A DNA stretch of 64,000 nt from Chiloscyllium plagiosum. Lineage: Eukaryota. Positions within the stretch are counted from its first letter, which is position 1. The number at the start of each line of letters is the position of its first letter. Positions 11,491 to 24,075 of this stretch are shown here, in pieces. Under the pieces are notes generated by a model, which had not been told where the DNA came from, made no database searches, and saw nothing but the letters and a program-made list of their open reading frames with translations. The stretch is taken from NCBI RefSeq assembly GCF_004010195.1, contig NC_057754.1, positions 4,713,280 to 4,777,279 on the forward strand, in the 5' to 3' direction. The position numbers and the translations under genes were made by a program.

Positions 11491-12429
11491 AACCTGGGAA
11501 CTTGGGGGTACTATAGTCAAGGGATAAATGGATAGGATAGTGTTTGAAGAGTTGAGCCTCCAGATGAAAGTGTAAATGGGGGGCATCAACAACAGGTTAG
11601 CTGAGGCTGGTGGCAATTTTGATGAAGCGTATGTGAAGTCAGGAGCTCAAAAGCCTGCACGACTAGGCTTATTTATGGCAACTCCCTATCATTTGTGCAC
11701 CTCAACAGACTTCATGCTTGCAGTTTCTCTTGGCCTTTATTAATGCCTGTCTGTTGTTGGATATTTATAAAACTGAGATAGAGTGCTTTTCCCTCTATGT
11801 TTTACAGCACATTAGAGTCAAGAGTTCAGATGAGAGACAGTATCATCTCCATTTCTCATACAACGAATAAAAGGGCCTTATTTAAAGCGATCTAATTTTT
11901 TTTTCTTCATTTGGGAAGCTGCTTGATCTTCATTTGGGAACAGTTTAGAATGGTAAGATTGAATTTTACATGTGTATCTGTGATTCCCTGTGTCATTGCA
12001 TTGTGCAAGAAATGGGTTGATGTGATGATACAAGTTTGTACTGTTGAACTAAGTGGATGTCTGAAGCAGCAGGACTTGTAGTTGCCCCCAGTGCCTCTGA
12101 TGAAGCTTGAGTTGTGTTGACAAGTTTAGTATTATTGCAATCAAAATTGGTTAGTTTTATGGGATTTAGCAAGTGACAATTGAAGCTTCTGTTCACAGCC
12201 ACTCCTTCATTTGGTTGAATGAACTGTGATCCAAATTACTCCTTTTTCTAAACTTTGCGATTTCAAATTGGATTTGGATTAATAGGGATTTAAGAATTCA
12301 AATTTAAAAAATTGTAATTCCTGTTGATTTAATTCTGTAAAAGAATTAATCAAGAACTGTTTTGTTCTTCTCCTTGGACATACTGTGAACAGAAGTATGC
12401 CATTGAACATCTTCAGCCTATTTCATCAT

Positions 12430-12598
12430 TCAGTTTATGAACGTACAAACAAGTCCTGGGAGTCTATTCCACCATTCAATAAGATCTGGACTGATCTGAT
12501 TTAAACAATAACTCTACAATCTTGCATACGTACGGTAGTCTTTCATCCCCTTGGTAAGCAATAATCTCTACTTTCCAGTTTAAAAATATTCAAAAATT
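12430..12598 (-). mobile_element. CR1 3' end (left part of the host element split by the L1)
   Basis: CCATTCAATAAGATCTGGACTGATCTG is the CR1 tail reverse complement. The sequence continues colinearly at 18416. Confidence 0.75.
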
Positions 12599-12607
12599 GG
12601 CTCTTGG

Positions 12608-12619
12608 CAAGATGGCGGC
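12608..12619 (+). promoter_or_regulatory. YY1 consensus site in the L1 5' UTR
   Basis: CAAGATGGCGGC is a perfect YY1 consensus, starting at position +10 of the element. Confidence 0.7.
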
Positions 12620-12764
12620 GATTCTGTAGAACTGCTGTGGACAGCTCTTCCTAACAGCCAAGGCATACTGGTATTTTTTGCCATCCCTGGCTAACTTATG
12701 TGGTGGAATTATTAGTTTAAAACCTTACAGAACACATATTTGTTAATATTTGGGAGTGGGAAGG

Positions 12765-13355
12765 ATGCCAAAGGGAAAAGGAACAAGCAAACAGCAGCAG
12801 GGAGGACACTCCCCTGCAACACCTACGACACCAGAGACTGCAGCAGCAGCAGCCTCTCCTGACCCCCACCCCCCCTCCCCCGGACCTGACAGACTCACAG
12901 GAATTGGCTACGGCGCTGGAGAGACTTACCTTGAAAGTTGGGGCTGCGATTGAGGAGATCCGTGTGGAGATTCGTGCCCAGGTCCAACCTATTGCATCCA
13001 TACTGCAGAAGCATGAGCAGGAGATCCAGGGCCTCGGGGAGAGGCTAGAGGAGGTGGAGGGTCGAACTAAGGCCTCGGAAGCTGCAATGGAGTCCTCATC
13101 CAATCGAATCCAGGTGCTGGAGCAAGAGGTGCGGGCCTTGCAAGATCATTTCGACGACCTTGAAAATCGATGTTGGAGGATGTCTCCGAATTGTTGGGCT
13201 CCCTGAATGTGAGGAAAGTGAGCAGCCAGTCAGCTTCTTTGAAAACTGGCTGCCGAAGGTTTGGGGCCTTCACATTGAGTCTGGCAAGCTACAGATTGAA
13301 AGAGTTTATCAGGTTACAATGCACAGGTCAGGGCTGGTGCAGCCCCCCCCCCCAC

Positions 13356-13389
<34 letters not shown>

Positions 13390-13686
13390 CCTAGTGCACT
13401 TCCATTCATATAAGGACAAGCAAAAAGTCATAGAAGCTTCCAGATCTCTGGAAAAGATCCGCAGGCACTGCTGTGCTAGGGGTCAAAAATCATGTTTTTC
13501 CAGGATTTCTCTGCAGCTGTAATTCGAAAGAGGAAGTCCTTCGATGAAGTTAAAAAGAGGCTCAGGAACCTGGGCATCCAGTACTCCATGAGATACCCCG
13601 CAGTGCTCCATTTCAGCCACGAGGACTCAGTTTATAAATTTGACTCAGCGGATAAAGCTAAAAACTTTGTAGACACTTTAAAATAG
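12765..13686 (+). pseudogene. L1 ORF1p (coiled coil, RRM, CTD; Transposase_22-like), frameshifted
   Basis: ATG at 12765 (MPKGKGTSK). Heptad segment EQEIQGLGERLEEVEGR...DDLENR, then LRIVGLPE, IERVYQV, FFQDFSAAVIRKRKSF...YSMRYPAVL. Spread over several frames. Confidence 0.9.
13343..13386 (+). repeat. Poly-C tract inside L1 ORF1
   Basis: C11-ACT-C30 directly visible. Confidence 0.85.
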
Positions 13687-14276
13687 ACGGATTGGCCTGA
13701 AAAATATGGTTAATGTTTGTTCTGTTTTCTATCTTTCCTCATGTTTTCCCTTCCTTTCTTTTAAATTCCTTTCTTTCTCCCTAATAATTTCCTTTTTGGA
13801 AAGGGGGGAAAAGACCTTGGAATAAATTGTTCCTTTTTTTTAATAATTGGATTTTCTGATGGGAAATTTTGTGGATGTTCTTTGTTATCTCTCCTTTTTT
13901 TTGTTTCTTCTATTTCTCATTTAGTCACAAGTAGGGGTGACATGAAGCCAGGGATGGGTGGAGTGCTCATCCTGACTTGTTCTTTTTTCTGTTGATTTAA
14001 GGATCATCTTGTTTTTTTTCTGGCCTAAGGGCACAGTCTGAGTTTGAAGGAGCTGTGAAGGAGGGGATGGGTAGGGTGAGTGCCCTTTATGGGCAGGGGC
14101 AAGAGTCTTCCATTCAAGGTTTTATAGTTGTTTTTTTTTGTAGTTGTTTGGTAGTAATAGTTGTTCATAGTTATGATAGAGTAGTTTTTGTATATATAGT
14201 TCTTCGACTCTATGAGTCTTTATTTACTTATGCTCGGCGCTTTGTAAGCAGGGTTCAAGGGTGTCTGAAAGGGGAT

Positions 14277-17200
14277 GTGGCTAAGTGTCTTATTAAATGA
14301 TGCACCTGGAACATTAAGGGAAGTAATTCGCCTGTTAAAAGGAAAAAAGTGCTTTCTAGCCTTAAGAGGGAAAGGATTGATATTGCTTCGTTGCAGGAAA
14401 CCCATCTTGATGATGGGGAACACCTGAAATTACAACAGGGGGTTATGACTGGGTATTCTTTTCATCCTTTACTACTAAAAGTAGGGGAGTGGCGGTACTT
14501 ATCCAGAAACATCTTCTGTTCACATTATTAGAGCAGGTGAAAGATGAGCAGGGATGGTTTGTGATATTTAAAGCCCTGATACATGGGGAGGAATATGACA
14601 TTTTAAATGTCTACTGTCCTCCGGCGCATCCCCTCAAATTTTTGATTAGTACTTTCTCTAAGTTGAGTGCTTTTGGAACACGGCACATTATTGTAGGGGG
14701 GGATTTTGATTGTCTTTCGGATCGGACAGTGGACAGGATGCCTTGTGGGCCCCCAACTATTTCTTTGCAGGCCAAGCAGGTGGTTGACTTATGTGAGGAG
14801 TTGGGGATGGTGGATATTTGGAGATGTCTTCACCCTACTGGCAGGGACTTCACCTTTTTTTCAAACCCACATAAATGTCACATGAGGATTGACCTCTTTC
14901 TGGCTCCCTCGGCCCTTCTGGATTCGATTATGGGTTGTAAAATTGGGAATATAGCTATCTCTGATCATGCAGCAGTGTATTTGGAGGTTAAGACCAAGTG
15001 TGAGGGACTAAGTTTGCGGCACTGGCGTTTGGACTCTTTTCTCTTTAAGGATTCCAAATTTGTGGAATACTTTTTGAAGGAGTTTCAGGAATTCTTGACT
15101 ATCAACTCAGGCACGGCTAGTAGTCCATCTATGCTATGGGAGACTGCTAAGGCCTTTGCTAGGGGATTAGCTATTTCCTATTCGGCAAGCCGAAAATGAC
15201 AGAAGGAGGAACAGCAGCGTCTACTTGAGATGCGGTTGAAAGCCGCTGAGGCAGCACATATTGTGCGGCCTTCGGTGACTAAGCTACAGCGGATCACGGC
15301 CCTCTGGGCTGCCTTGAATTCAATACTGACACAAAACGCAAAGAAAGAACTTGCTTTTGCTAGACAAAGGCTGTTTGAATATGTGGATAGGCCAGGAAAG
15401 TATTTAGCATACCTGACTAGGAAAAAGCGTGCTCCCCAATCCATTACTGCAATCAGAGGCAGCGCTGGGGTCCTTACGTACGATGCTAAAAAGATTAATG
15501 AGGCTTTTCAGAGCTTTTTACTCTGAATTGTATTGGTCTGAAGGTTGCGAGGACAGGAGGGCTAAAATGGCGACCCTTTTTTAAGAATCTGGACCTCCCG
15601 GGGTAACCGTGGAACAGGCCTCTCTTCTAAATGCCCCCTTGACAGTTCAGGAAATACAGGAGGCAGCTAGGCAACTTCAGAGTGGGAAAGCGCCTGGCCC
15701 TGATGATCTTTCGGGTGAGTTTTATAAGGAGTTTATAGGGATTCTGTCCGGGCCGATGTTGGAGATGTACAATCACTCCTATATGCATGAATGCCTACCA
15801 CCATCTTTGAGACAAGCTAATATTTCCCAAATTCTTAAGAAGGGGGAGGTTCCTGAGCATTGTGCCTCATACAGGCCCATCTCTCTATTAAATTCAGATT
15901 TCAAGATTCTGTCCAAGATCCTGGCGCTGAGATTGGAAAGGGTTTTGCCCCATATTATTAAAGAGGACCAGACAGGTTTTATAAGGGGCTGTAGGTCCTC
16001 TAATAATATTAGAAGGTTGCTGAATATGGTCCAAGCTTGTCAGCAATGATCGCTTCAGAGTTTGGTGATTTCCTTAGATGCAGAGAAAGCATTTGACCGG
16101 GTGGAACGGCCATATCTTTTTTATGTCTTCGAACAGTTTGGGTTGGGTGGAGTCTTTGCAAGATGGGTAGAGGTTTTATTTCACCACCTTTTGGCCGCGG
16201 TCATCAACGGGGTGAAGTCTAGGAATTTTAGGATTGGTAGGGGTAGTCGGCAAGGCTGCCCCCTCTCACCGCTGTTGTTTACGTTGGTGATAGAGCCGCT
16301 AGCGGAAGCCATTTGTCAGAACGTCCACATAACCGCTCCGGAAGTGGGATTGAGGGCACACAAGATTGCACTGTATGTGTATGATGTCCTTCTGTTTTTA
16401 TCAAACCCGATGACCTCTGTACCCCATTTGATACAATGTATCAATTCATTTGGGGCTATTTCAGGATATAAGATTAACTTTGCAAAATCGGAGGCTGTGC
16501 CTTTGGGGAACCTTAAGGATGTATCCCAAGTTGAAGGTGGCCCTAAGTTCCCTTTTATGTGGTCATGGGCAGCATTCTGATACCTAGACATTTTTATTAC
16601 CCCCAAGTTTGATCTGTTATTTCAGATTAACTTTGCTCACTTGCTCGACAATATTAGACGAGATCTCCAGAGATGGGAGGCTCTTCCAGTTTTGTGGCTG
16701 GGCCGAATATCTCTCATTAAGATGAATGTTCTTCCTTGTTTGTTTTATTCCATGCATGTGCTCCCTATAATGTTTCCCAGGTCCACGCTGCGGAAACTTA
16801 TGGGGTGGTTTGGTTCCTTTGTCTGGCATCGTGGATGGCCCCTCATCAAACTTACTAAATTGCAGTTACCTCACGGAGGGGGAGGAGTTGATTTTCCAGA
16901 CATCAGGTGGTATCAATTGAGTTCCCCGTTGTCCTTTGTCTGTGATTGGGTAGGTAACGATCCAAATCAATATGGCTGGATATTGAGGCCTCCCAGGCAA
17001 AGTGCCCTCTTATTAACCTGTTGTTCATGGATAAGATGAGGACAGTTATGGACCATTGCCGGAACCACATTGTCATTAGTACAGTCAAGGTATGGAGGGT
17101 GATGCGTTAGAGTGAGGGTTGTTTATCTAAGACTTCGCCACTTACACCTATAGTTGGCATGCCAGGGTTCCGACCAGGGATGATGGACTCAGGGTTCAAA

Positions 17201-18064
17201 CTATGGGCAGCAAGAGGAGTTTCTAGTTTGGGAGACTTGTTTGAGGGGGAGGTTATGATGTCTTTTGAGCAACTGAGCCACAACTACGGGTTGCCCAGCA
17301 GAGATCTTTTCCGTTTTTTTCAGGTTAGGGATTTCATCCAGAAGAAGACTGTTTCTCACTAAGCCCTATAAGCCTGATACAGAGAGGATGTTGCTCCGTA
17401 CCACAAGCACCCTTTTGGTTAGTGCCCTCTATCGCCTGCTGGGTGGCAGGGCCTGGCAGGATATTAACTGGTTATGTGAGATCTAGGAGTGGAGATCTCT
17501 TCTGAAACATGGGAGAACATATGTGAGAATACTCGAAAGATCTCAATCTGTAATAGGACATGCGCTACGCAGTTAAAAGTTCTGCAGAGGGCTCATCTGG
17601 CACCAGACCGTCTGGCGAAGTTTAAAAAAGGGGCACCTTCAGTGTGCCCCAAATGTAAAATAAGTGTAGGTACTCTTACCCATTGCTTCTGGACATGCCA
17701 TAGGCTCCGTGTTTATTGGAGCCCTGTGGTGGGAGAGATAGGGAGGGTATTGAGGACTGAAGTCAAAGTAGACCCGATATCTCTCCTCCTAGGTCTACCG
17801 AATTTACCATCTTTAGATGGGCATGGGAAGAAACTGTTTAATATTCTTGCATACTGTGCACGGAAGAATATTCTGATGAGTTGGATGTCTGAGAACCCGC
17901 CGGGCTTGCTGGGATGGCAGAAATTAATTATGGAGCACATTCCCTTGGACTTTTTTACAAACATGGTGCACCACACAACAGACAATTTTTATAAGACATG
18001 GCAGCCCTACTTGAGTTATTTGGATATAGACTTGTCAGTTATCTTAACTAGGGTGTTTGTTTAA
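14277..18064 (+). pseudogene. L1 ORF2p (APE endonuclease, reverse transcriptase, CCHC knuckle), multiple stops and frameshifts
   Basis: EN motifs TWNIKG, LQETH, GGDF, RID, SDH. RT motifs KAPGPD, YRPISLLNSDFKILSKILA, LDAEKAFD, QGCPLSP and a degenerate YADD (LYVYD). C-terminal CPKC..GTLTHCFWTC. The start codon appears mutated to GTG. Confidence 0.93.
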
Positions 18065-18415
18065 CCAGGATGATTAGATTTGTCAAGCCTTGGAGGGAGT
18101 CCCCGAGTTAATATGGGTATATATACAATGCTCCCATTCCTTTGTTTGGGAGCTTTGCGCTGAGCATTGTTGGTCTGTATTTTGTGGGTTTATTTTGTTT
18201 TTTTTTGCTTTTCTTTCTTTTTTTGGTGTTGCTTTGCACAGTGTTAGGGTTTGCTTTGTATTATAAGGTAAGTTAGTAGTTAGTAGATAGTAGTTGTAAT
18301 TTGTGTTTTTTTTCTTTTTATTATACTATTTGTTATTGATTTTTTTTCAATAAGTTTATATGTAAAGTTAAAAAAATTTGCTAATAAATATATTTACAAA
18401 AAAAAATCAAAAATT

Positions 18416-19500
18416 CAGCATTCTCTGTCTTTTGAGGAAGGGAATTCTAAAGACTCTTGTCTCTGTCTTAAATGGATGATCCCTTATTTTTAAACTATGG
18501 CCCCTTTTTCTAGATTCTCCCACAAGGGGAAACATCCTTTCAGTAACCACACTGTTCAGTCCTCTCAGAATTTTATATGTTTCAATTAAGTCACCTCTGA
18601 GGTTAAACTCTCGATACAGACCTACCCTACCTAGCCTTTCCTCATAAGGCAATCTCTTATTTCAGTTATTAGTCTAGTCTGAACTATTTCCATTGTATTA
18701 ATATCCTTCTGTAAGTGTGGTGACTAGTTCTGTACTTAGTCCTCCACATGTGGTCTCACCAGTACCATGTATGACTGAAGCATAACCTCTCTATTCTTGC
18801 ATTCAATACCCCTCACAACAAAACATTACACTTTATTAGCTTTCCTGATTACTTGCTGAACCTACATAGTAACCTTCTTTGATTCATAGATTAGGACCCC
18901 AAGATCTGTCTGCATCTCAGAGCTCTTCAATGTCTTGTAATACAGATTATGTGCTTCTTTTGTATTCTTTCTTCCAAAATGTACAGTTTCACACTTTCCA
19001 ACATTATACTTCAATTGCTAGATCTTTGCCCATTCATATAACCTTACACCTTCTTCACAGCTAACTTTCCTGCAGACCTTTATGTCTTAACAAATTTAGC
19101 TAACATATCTTTGGTCCCTTCATTCCAAGAATGTATATAGATTGCACCGATCACCCAGCACAGATCCCTGTGGCACACCACTTTTGACATCCTGCCAATC
19201 TGAAAAAGACTAGTTTACTCCCACTGTTTGTTTCCTGTTAGACAACCAATCATCTATCCGTACCAATATGTTACCCCAACATAATGAGCTTTTATTTTTC
19301 ACAATAGTCTTTGATGTGACACCATATCAAATGCCTCCAAAACATCCACTTGTTCCCCTTTATCGTCTTCAAAGAACTCTAACAAATTAGTTAAAACATG
19401 ATTTTTCTTTAACTAAACCGTGTTATTTTTGCCTGAATATCTTGAACTTTTCAGGTGTCCAGTTATAACATCTTTAATAATAGCTTCTATCATCTCCTGC
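18416..19500 (-). mobile_element. CR1 LINE fragment (right part of the host element)
   Basis: ORF 18407-18652 minus reads MPYEERLGRVGLY...LRGDLIETYKILRG...RGHSLKIR. DMVTSKTI at about 19305-19330 resembles AFDKVPH. Confidence 0.85.
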
Positions 19501-19689
19501 TAACAGATGTTATCATAAGAACATAAGAAGTAGGAGCAGGAATAGGTCATCTAGCTCTTTGAGCCCACTCTGCCATTCAATAAGATCCTGGCTGATCTTT
19601 TTGTGGCCTCAGCTCCACTTATCCATCCTTATCTGTGTGTGTGGTGATGCTGCTGTCAAAATGGCCTGACTCATCATCAACAAATAATC

Positions 19690-19990
19690 CAATATTATGG
19701 TCAAGTTAAAATGGTATCTTGGAAGGGAAATGAGATGGTGTTCCTGTGATCTTATGGTCTTGTCTTCCTTGCCAGTAAAGGTTACAGACCTGAATACTGC
19801 TATTGAAGTAAGTTTGGTAAATTGAAGCCATGCTCCCTGTAGATTTATGTACACCGCTTTCAGTTTGTTGGTAGTGGAGGGTTGGATATTTAGTTCATTA
19901 GCAGTGTTGCTGATCAAGTGAACTACTTTCTGGTGCATGTTGTCAACCTTTGAGTGTTGTTGTAGCTGGATCCATTCAAAAAATACTGAA
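19690..19990 (-). mobile_element. Degenerate CR1/L2-group LINE fragment (second family)
   Basis: Homologous to 57275-58180 and the reverse complement of 33775-34245. Confidence 0.5.
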
Positions 19991-21589
19991 TATTGACAGT
20001 TGATCCGACAGTATTATGTTTCTGTTTCTGATGGCCTCTGAAATCACTTGGATTTCCAGAATGTTGTTTTCTTTTTAATAAGTAACAGGCCTGCTATCTT
20101 TTTATAATGATAATTGACCCCTTTTTGTGTTTAGCTCAAATTTTCTACATTTGCTGTTTTGCTTGTTGTTTTTGCTGTCAACAGTTTGAGTGAGATTGAT
20201 GATAAAAAGTGAAGTTATTAACTCATTAGTCAACAAGTTTGTGGTTGCATTTTTCAGTGAACCAACAAGTCAAGTATCTGCTCTTCCTGGAGAATGATGA
20301 CGTTGATAATGTAGGGAAGAAAACTGATACCTGTGTTGATGACTTTTTAATCACAATTGTGTACCATATCGCACCTATCAAGTTTTTCAGGCTTATGGGG
20401 CTGTTTCCCTGATGTCATTGATCTTTCTGTTATTCACTGTTAAATACTGGAACATAAATGTTTTTGAACAGAATCCAAGCCCACAATTTTAGTGGGATCT
20501 TTATTTTAGTTAGCTACATTCTATAAAGCCCGCACTCCATTGATCATCAGCTCCCCACTCCATTATGGACTACTTCAATGATTGCTTATGTTCTGGTCAG
20601 TCACCTCCTTTTCTGGGACTATTCTTTGCCTGGATTCTGGAAACTTCATTCCAGCATAACTCAGCTTTTCACTTACAGTTAGCTTTCACTTAGCTAGTAT
20701 TACCTCTTAATTTGTCCCTGACCTCTAAGCCCCTGCTCTGTTGCCTGAAGTGACTCCTGGAACTCCTTGAGTCCTGATGGCACAAAGATATCCACCTATT
20801 CTTAGGACCTTTTCCTGAGTTCCAAGACATAAAATCATTTACCTTCTTCGCAGTCCAGTTGAATAGCAGCACTGCATAAAGTGAGCCAGCTTCTGTCTAT
20901 CTCTTTCTGACATACAAGCTTTCCATGTTCCCCTCCTCCAGCTGCCTATTCCTTTTGAATTAATTCTTCAGTGACCCATGAAATGCTTTGAATGACCAAA
21001 CAAAACCTTGCAACAAGCCACACCCTTGATCCTAAACAGGTTTGAATATAGTTACCTACCAACCATTGGAACACTCGGTTCTCGAAATGTTACAATTCAC
21101 AGATTGCTAGCTCCTATTCAGATTGAATTGGTAGATCAATATAGAAATTAATCACATTAAAACACTGTGTGAAATCCCTCTCTCTGCTACTAAGGAAAAT
21201 ATAGCGAAGGATTTGGTGCAAGCATTTTAAACATTTCTATGAGAAAAGCACCAAACAAGTCTACTTTCAGATCCATAGAGATGCTTATTTTTCAAGAATT
21301 ATCCAATTAAAAAAGTCTGTGGTCGAATAATTTAATAAAATCAGTTTTAGTCATTTTAACATGGCATGTTTATTTCAGGGACTCAAATTCAAGAGATTGT
21401 ACTTCCAGTATTCAAGCTTTCTCAATGTGAGAATGGGTTGTAAATGGAGGTGAAAAATGAGAGCTACTGTTCTACAGCCTGGGTTATCACATATGCAAAT
21501 ATGCATACTGGGATAGAGTTGAGAGACCTGAACAATATATGCTAAAGTAGGAGGAAAGACTTTCTGTCTTGGAAGTATCTTCAGCATCT

Positions 21590-22080
21590 CTTGACAGGGC
21601 AGGGTCACCAACTGAGGTCCTGGAGCATGCCAGGTTTGTTAGTGTGGCTTATTCATCAGAAGAATGATGGTTATATTCCCAAAGACGTTTTGGAAGGAGA
21701 CCTGGACATAATGAAAGTTTGTGATCTACTGGACATCCCTATCTCTTATACTAGGACATTTGGAAGTGAGATACAAAGATGGCTGATGTAAACTCAGATG
21801 ACTGGGAGACAGTCATAGATAGCTGTGCCCTGTAGAGGCTAACTGTTTTTGGAGGGCCATTGAAAGAGATGAGGAAAAAAGGAAAGCTCAGCTAGGTGAG
21901 GAGAGGGCCCAGAGAAAATAAAGGTCAGTGAATTCTGCTCTTTCTCAGTCTGCTGTCTGTACCTGCAGTACGTGCAGCAGAGACTACATGCCTGATTGGG
22001 GCATCTGAGATACATCAGACAAAACGTAGCATAGTTTGCAATGTGGTGGTCAACTGTGTTGCCTTACAAATGGAAGGCAC
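21590..22080 (+). mobile_element. RTE-clade LINE 3' fragment
   Basis: Decayed translation WL.IHQKNDGYIPKDVLEGDL...DWET matches the RTE C-terminal pattern WLGHVxRMxDGRIPKxxLYGEL. Confidence 0.65.
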
Positions 22081-22385
22081 CCAAAACTGGAAATGCAGTA
22101 TTCTCACTTTCTCCAGTGATCTGACAGATCTTTTTAGTTGTGAGAGTCTGGAAGATACGCTAGATTAACACACTGATCTGGGTTCAGGTCCTGCTAGGGC
22201 TGCGATGCAAGTCTCCTATCTCTATACATCTTGTTCTAGGGCTATAGTTATACAGTCATGTAGAATCATACAGAACAGAGGAGGCGCAATGAGTCTCTTC
22301 TGACAAAAACAAACTACTTTAAATCTATACTAGTTCTACTTTCCAGAATTTGCTCCATAGCCTTATATGTTATGACATTTTAAGT

Positions 22386-22602
22386 AGGTAAACACAAGGA
22401 CTGCAGATGCTGGAAACCAGGGTCTAGATTAGAGTGGTGCTGGAAAAGCACAGCAGGTCAGGCAGCATCCAAGGAGCAGGAAAATTAACGTTTTGGGCAA
22501 AAGCCCTTCATCAGGAATAGAAGAGCTTTTGCCCGAAACGTCGATTTTCCTGCTCCTCGGATGCTGCCTGACCTGCTGTGCTTTTCCAGCACCACTCTAA
22601 TC
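22386..22602. mobile_element. Young fold-back Penelope pLTR-derived element
   Basis: Perfect 14-bp TSD ATGACATTTTAAGT (22372-22385 / 22603-22616). Inverted arms of about 83 bp. Minus-strand CUGAUGA A GGGC UUUU GCCC AAAAC GUU and plus-strand GCCC GAAAC GUC GAUU. Confidence 0.9.
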
Positions 22603-23394
22603 ATGACATTTTAAGTTTTCATCCAATTACTTTTTAAAGAATGTGAGTTTCCCATCTTACCTACCCTTCCAGGCATTTTCAACCAAAAAAAGCGTTTATT
22701 CCAGTAGGGTCAGTCAAGGATAACCAATAACTGTGACAGAGCCCTTCAATTCCATCCATACTAAGTATTGGAAGTAATAAAAATTAGAAATGTCAGACAC
22801 ATATACCTTTCACTCAATTGTATAAAATTATAAAAGCTTAAATAGAGTTAGCAGGAACCTATTTTTCCTCAGCAGTGGTAGTAGAGACACATTTTCTCAC
22901 TGCACATTAAACTATCTGGAATTCACAAATGCTAAAATCTATAGGTTGACAGCCTACAGCTGCAAAATGGGATTAGGCTGGATGACTTTTTTCCAGCCAG
23001 CACAGACCACACTGGGCAAAAATGGCCTCTAGTACTGTAGTTATTTTGTAGGTTGATCTACTCTCTGACTTAGGATGGATTCAGCATGTGGAAAGTCTAC
23101 AACATGGACAAAAAATATTTTCAAATAGTAAAAGTGAAAAATGTTTGTGGTTTATACTTGGCTGCTGTCTTTGATCATGGTACCACAGCAGCTGCTGTTA
23201 ATTTAATTTCAAATAAAACCCGTGTGTGTATCAGTAATATTCACGCATGGAAATTTGATGCAGAAAAGAAATGCAATGTATTTGCAAGTTGGTATCTCTG
23301 AGGATACCTTTTAGCCATCTCAGCTTATCCTTCCATATATGAATTTCATCATAACCAGAAACTGAACTTGAACTAGTACTATAAAGCCTATATC

Positions 23395-24075
23395 TACAAG
23401 GGGACTAGGGGGTCCTAGTTCAGAATTCTCTTCAGGGTAACACACAGATTCTATTGGCATTCAGGAAGGCAAATGCAATGTTAGCATTCATTGGGGGCTA
23501 GAATACAAGAGCAGAAATGTACTGCTGAGACTGTATAAGGCTGTGGTCAGATCTCATTTGAACATTGTGAGCAGTTTCAGGCCCCCTATCGAACAAAGGA
23601 TGTGTTGGCATTAGAGGGGCTACCAAGAGCTTTTTTTGGGGATGAAAGGCTTGTCATATGAGGAGTAGTTGAGGACTCTGGATCTGTACTCAGTAGAGTT
23701 TAGAAAAATGAGGAGGGAATCTGATTGAAGCTTACACTCTATCCAGGCCTGTCAGTATTCAGTATGTGGAGAAGATGTTTCCATCAATAGGACAGAATAG
23801 GACCTGAGGGTACAACTTAAGAGCGCACAGACAACCCTTTAGAACTGAGATGAGGAGGAATTTATTCAGCCACAGGGTAATTAATCTTTGAAACTCATTG
23901 CCGCCCGGACCTGTGGAGGCCGCGTCATTGAGGGTATTTAAGACATAGATCCATGAATGGTGAGGGGATCAAGGATTACATGGAGTTGAGAAACATATTA
24001 GCCATGATCGAATGACAGAACAGACTTGATGGGCCAAATGGCCTAATTCTGTTTCTCTATCTTATGGCCTTAGGT
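23395..24075 (+). mobile_element. CR1 LINE 3' fragment
   Basis: AGGAAGGCAAATGCAATGTTAGCATTCATT...CTGTATAAGGCTGTGGTCAGA. Tail GGGCCAAATGGCCTAATTCTG..CTTATGG. Confidence 0.85.

Larger units (their letters stand above)
12599..18406 (+). mobile_element. Full-length, mutationally inactivated L1-clade LINE (about 5.8 kb)
   Basis: Starts GGCTCTTGGCAAGATGGCGGC. Contains ORF1, a T-rich spacer, ORF2, a T-rich 3' UTR, AATAAA (18383-18388) and A9 (18398-18406). TSD TCAAAAATT (12590-12598 / 18407-18415). Confidence 0.95.

Noticed and set aside
13160..13522. Polyproline protein
   Set aside because: The Pro run comes from the poly-C tract in the broken L1 ORF1.
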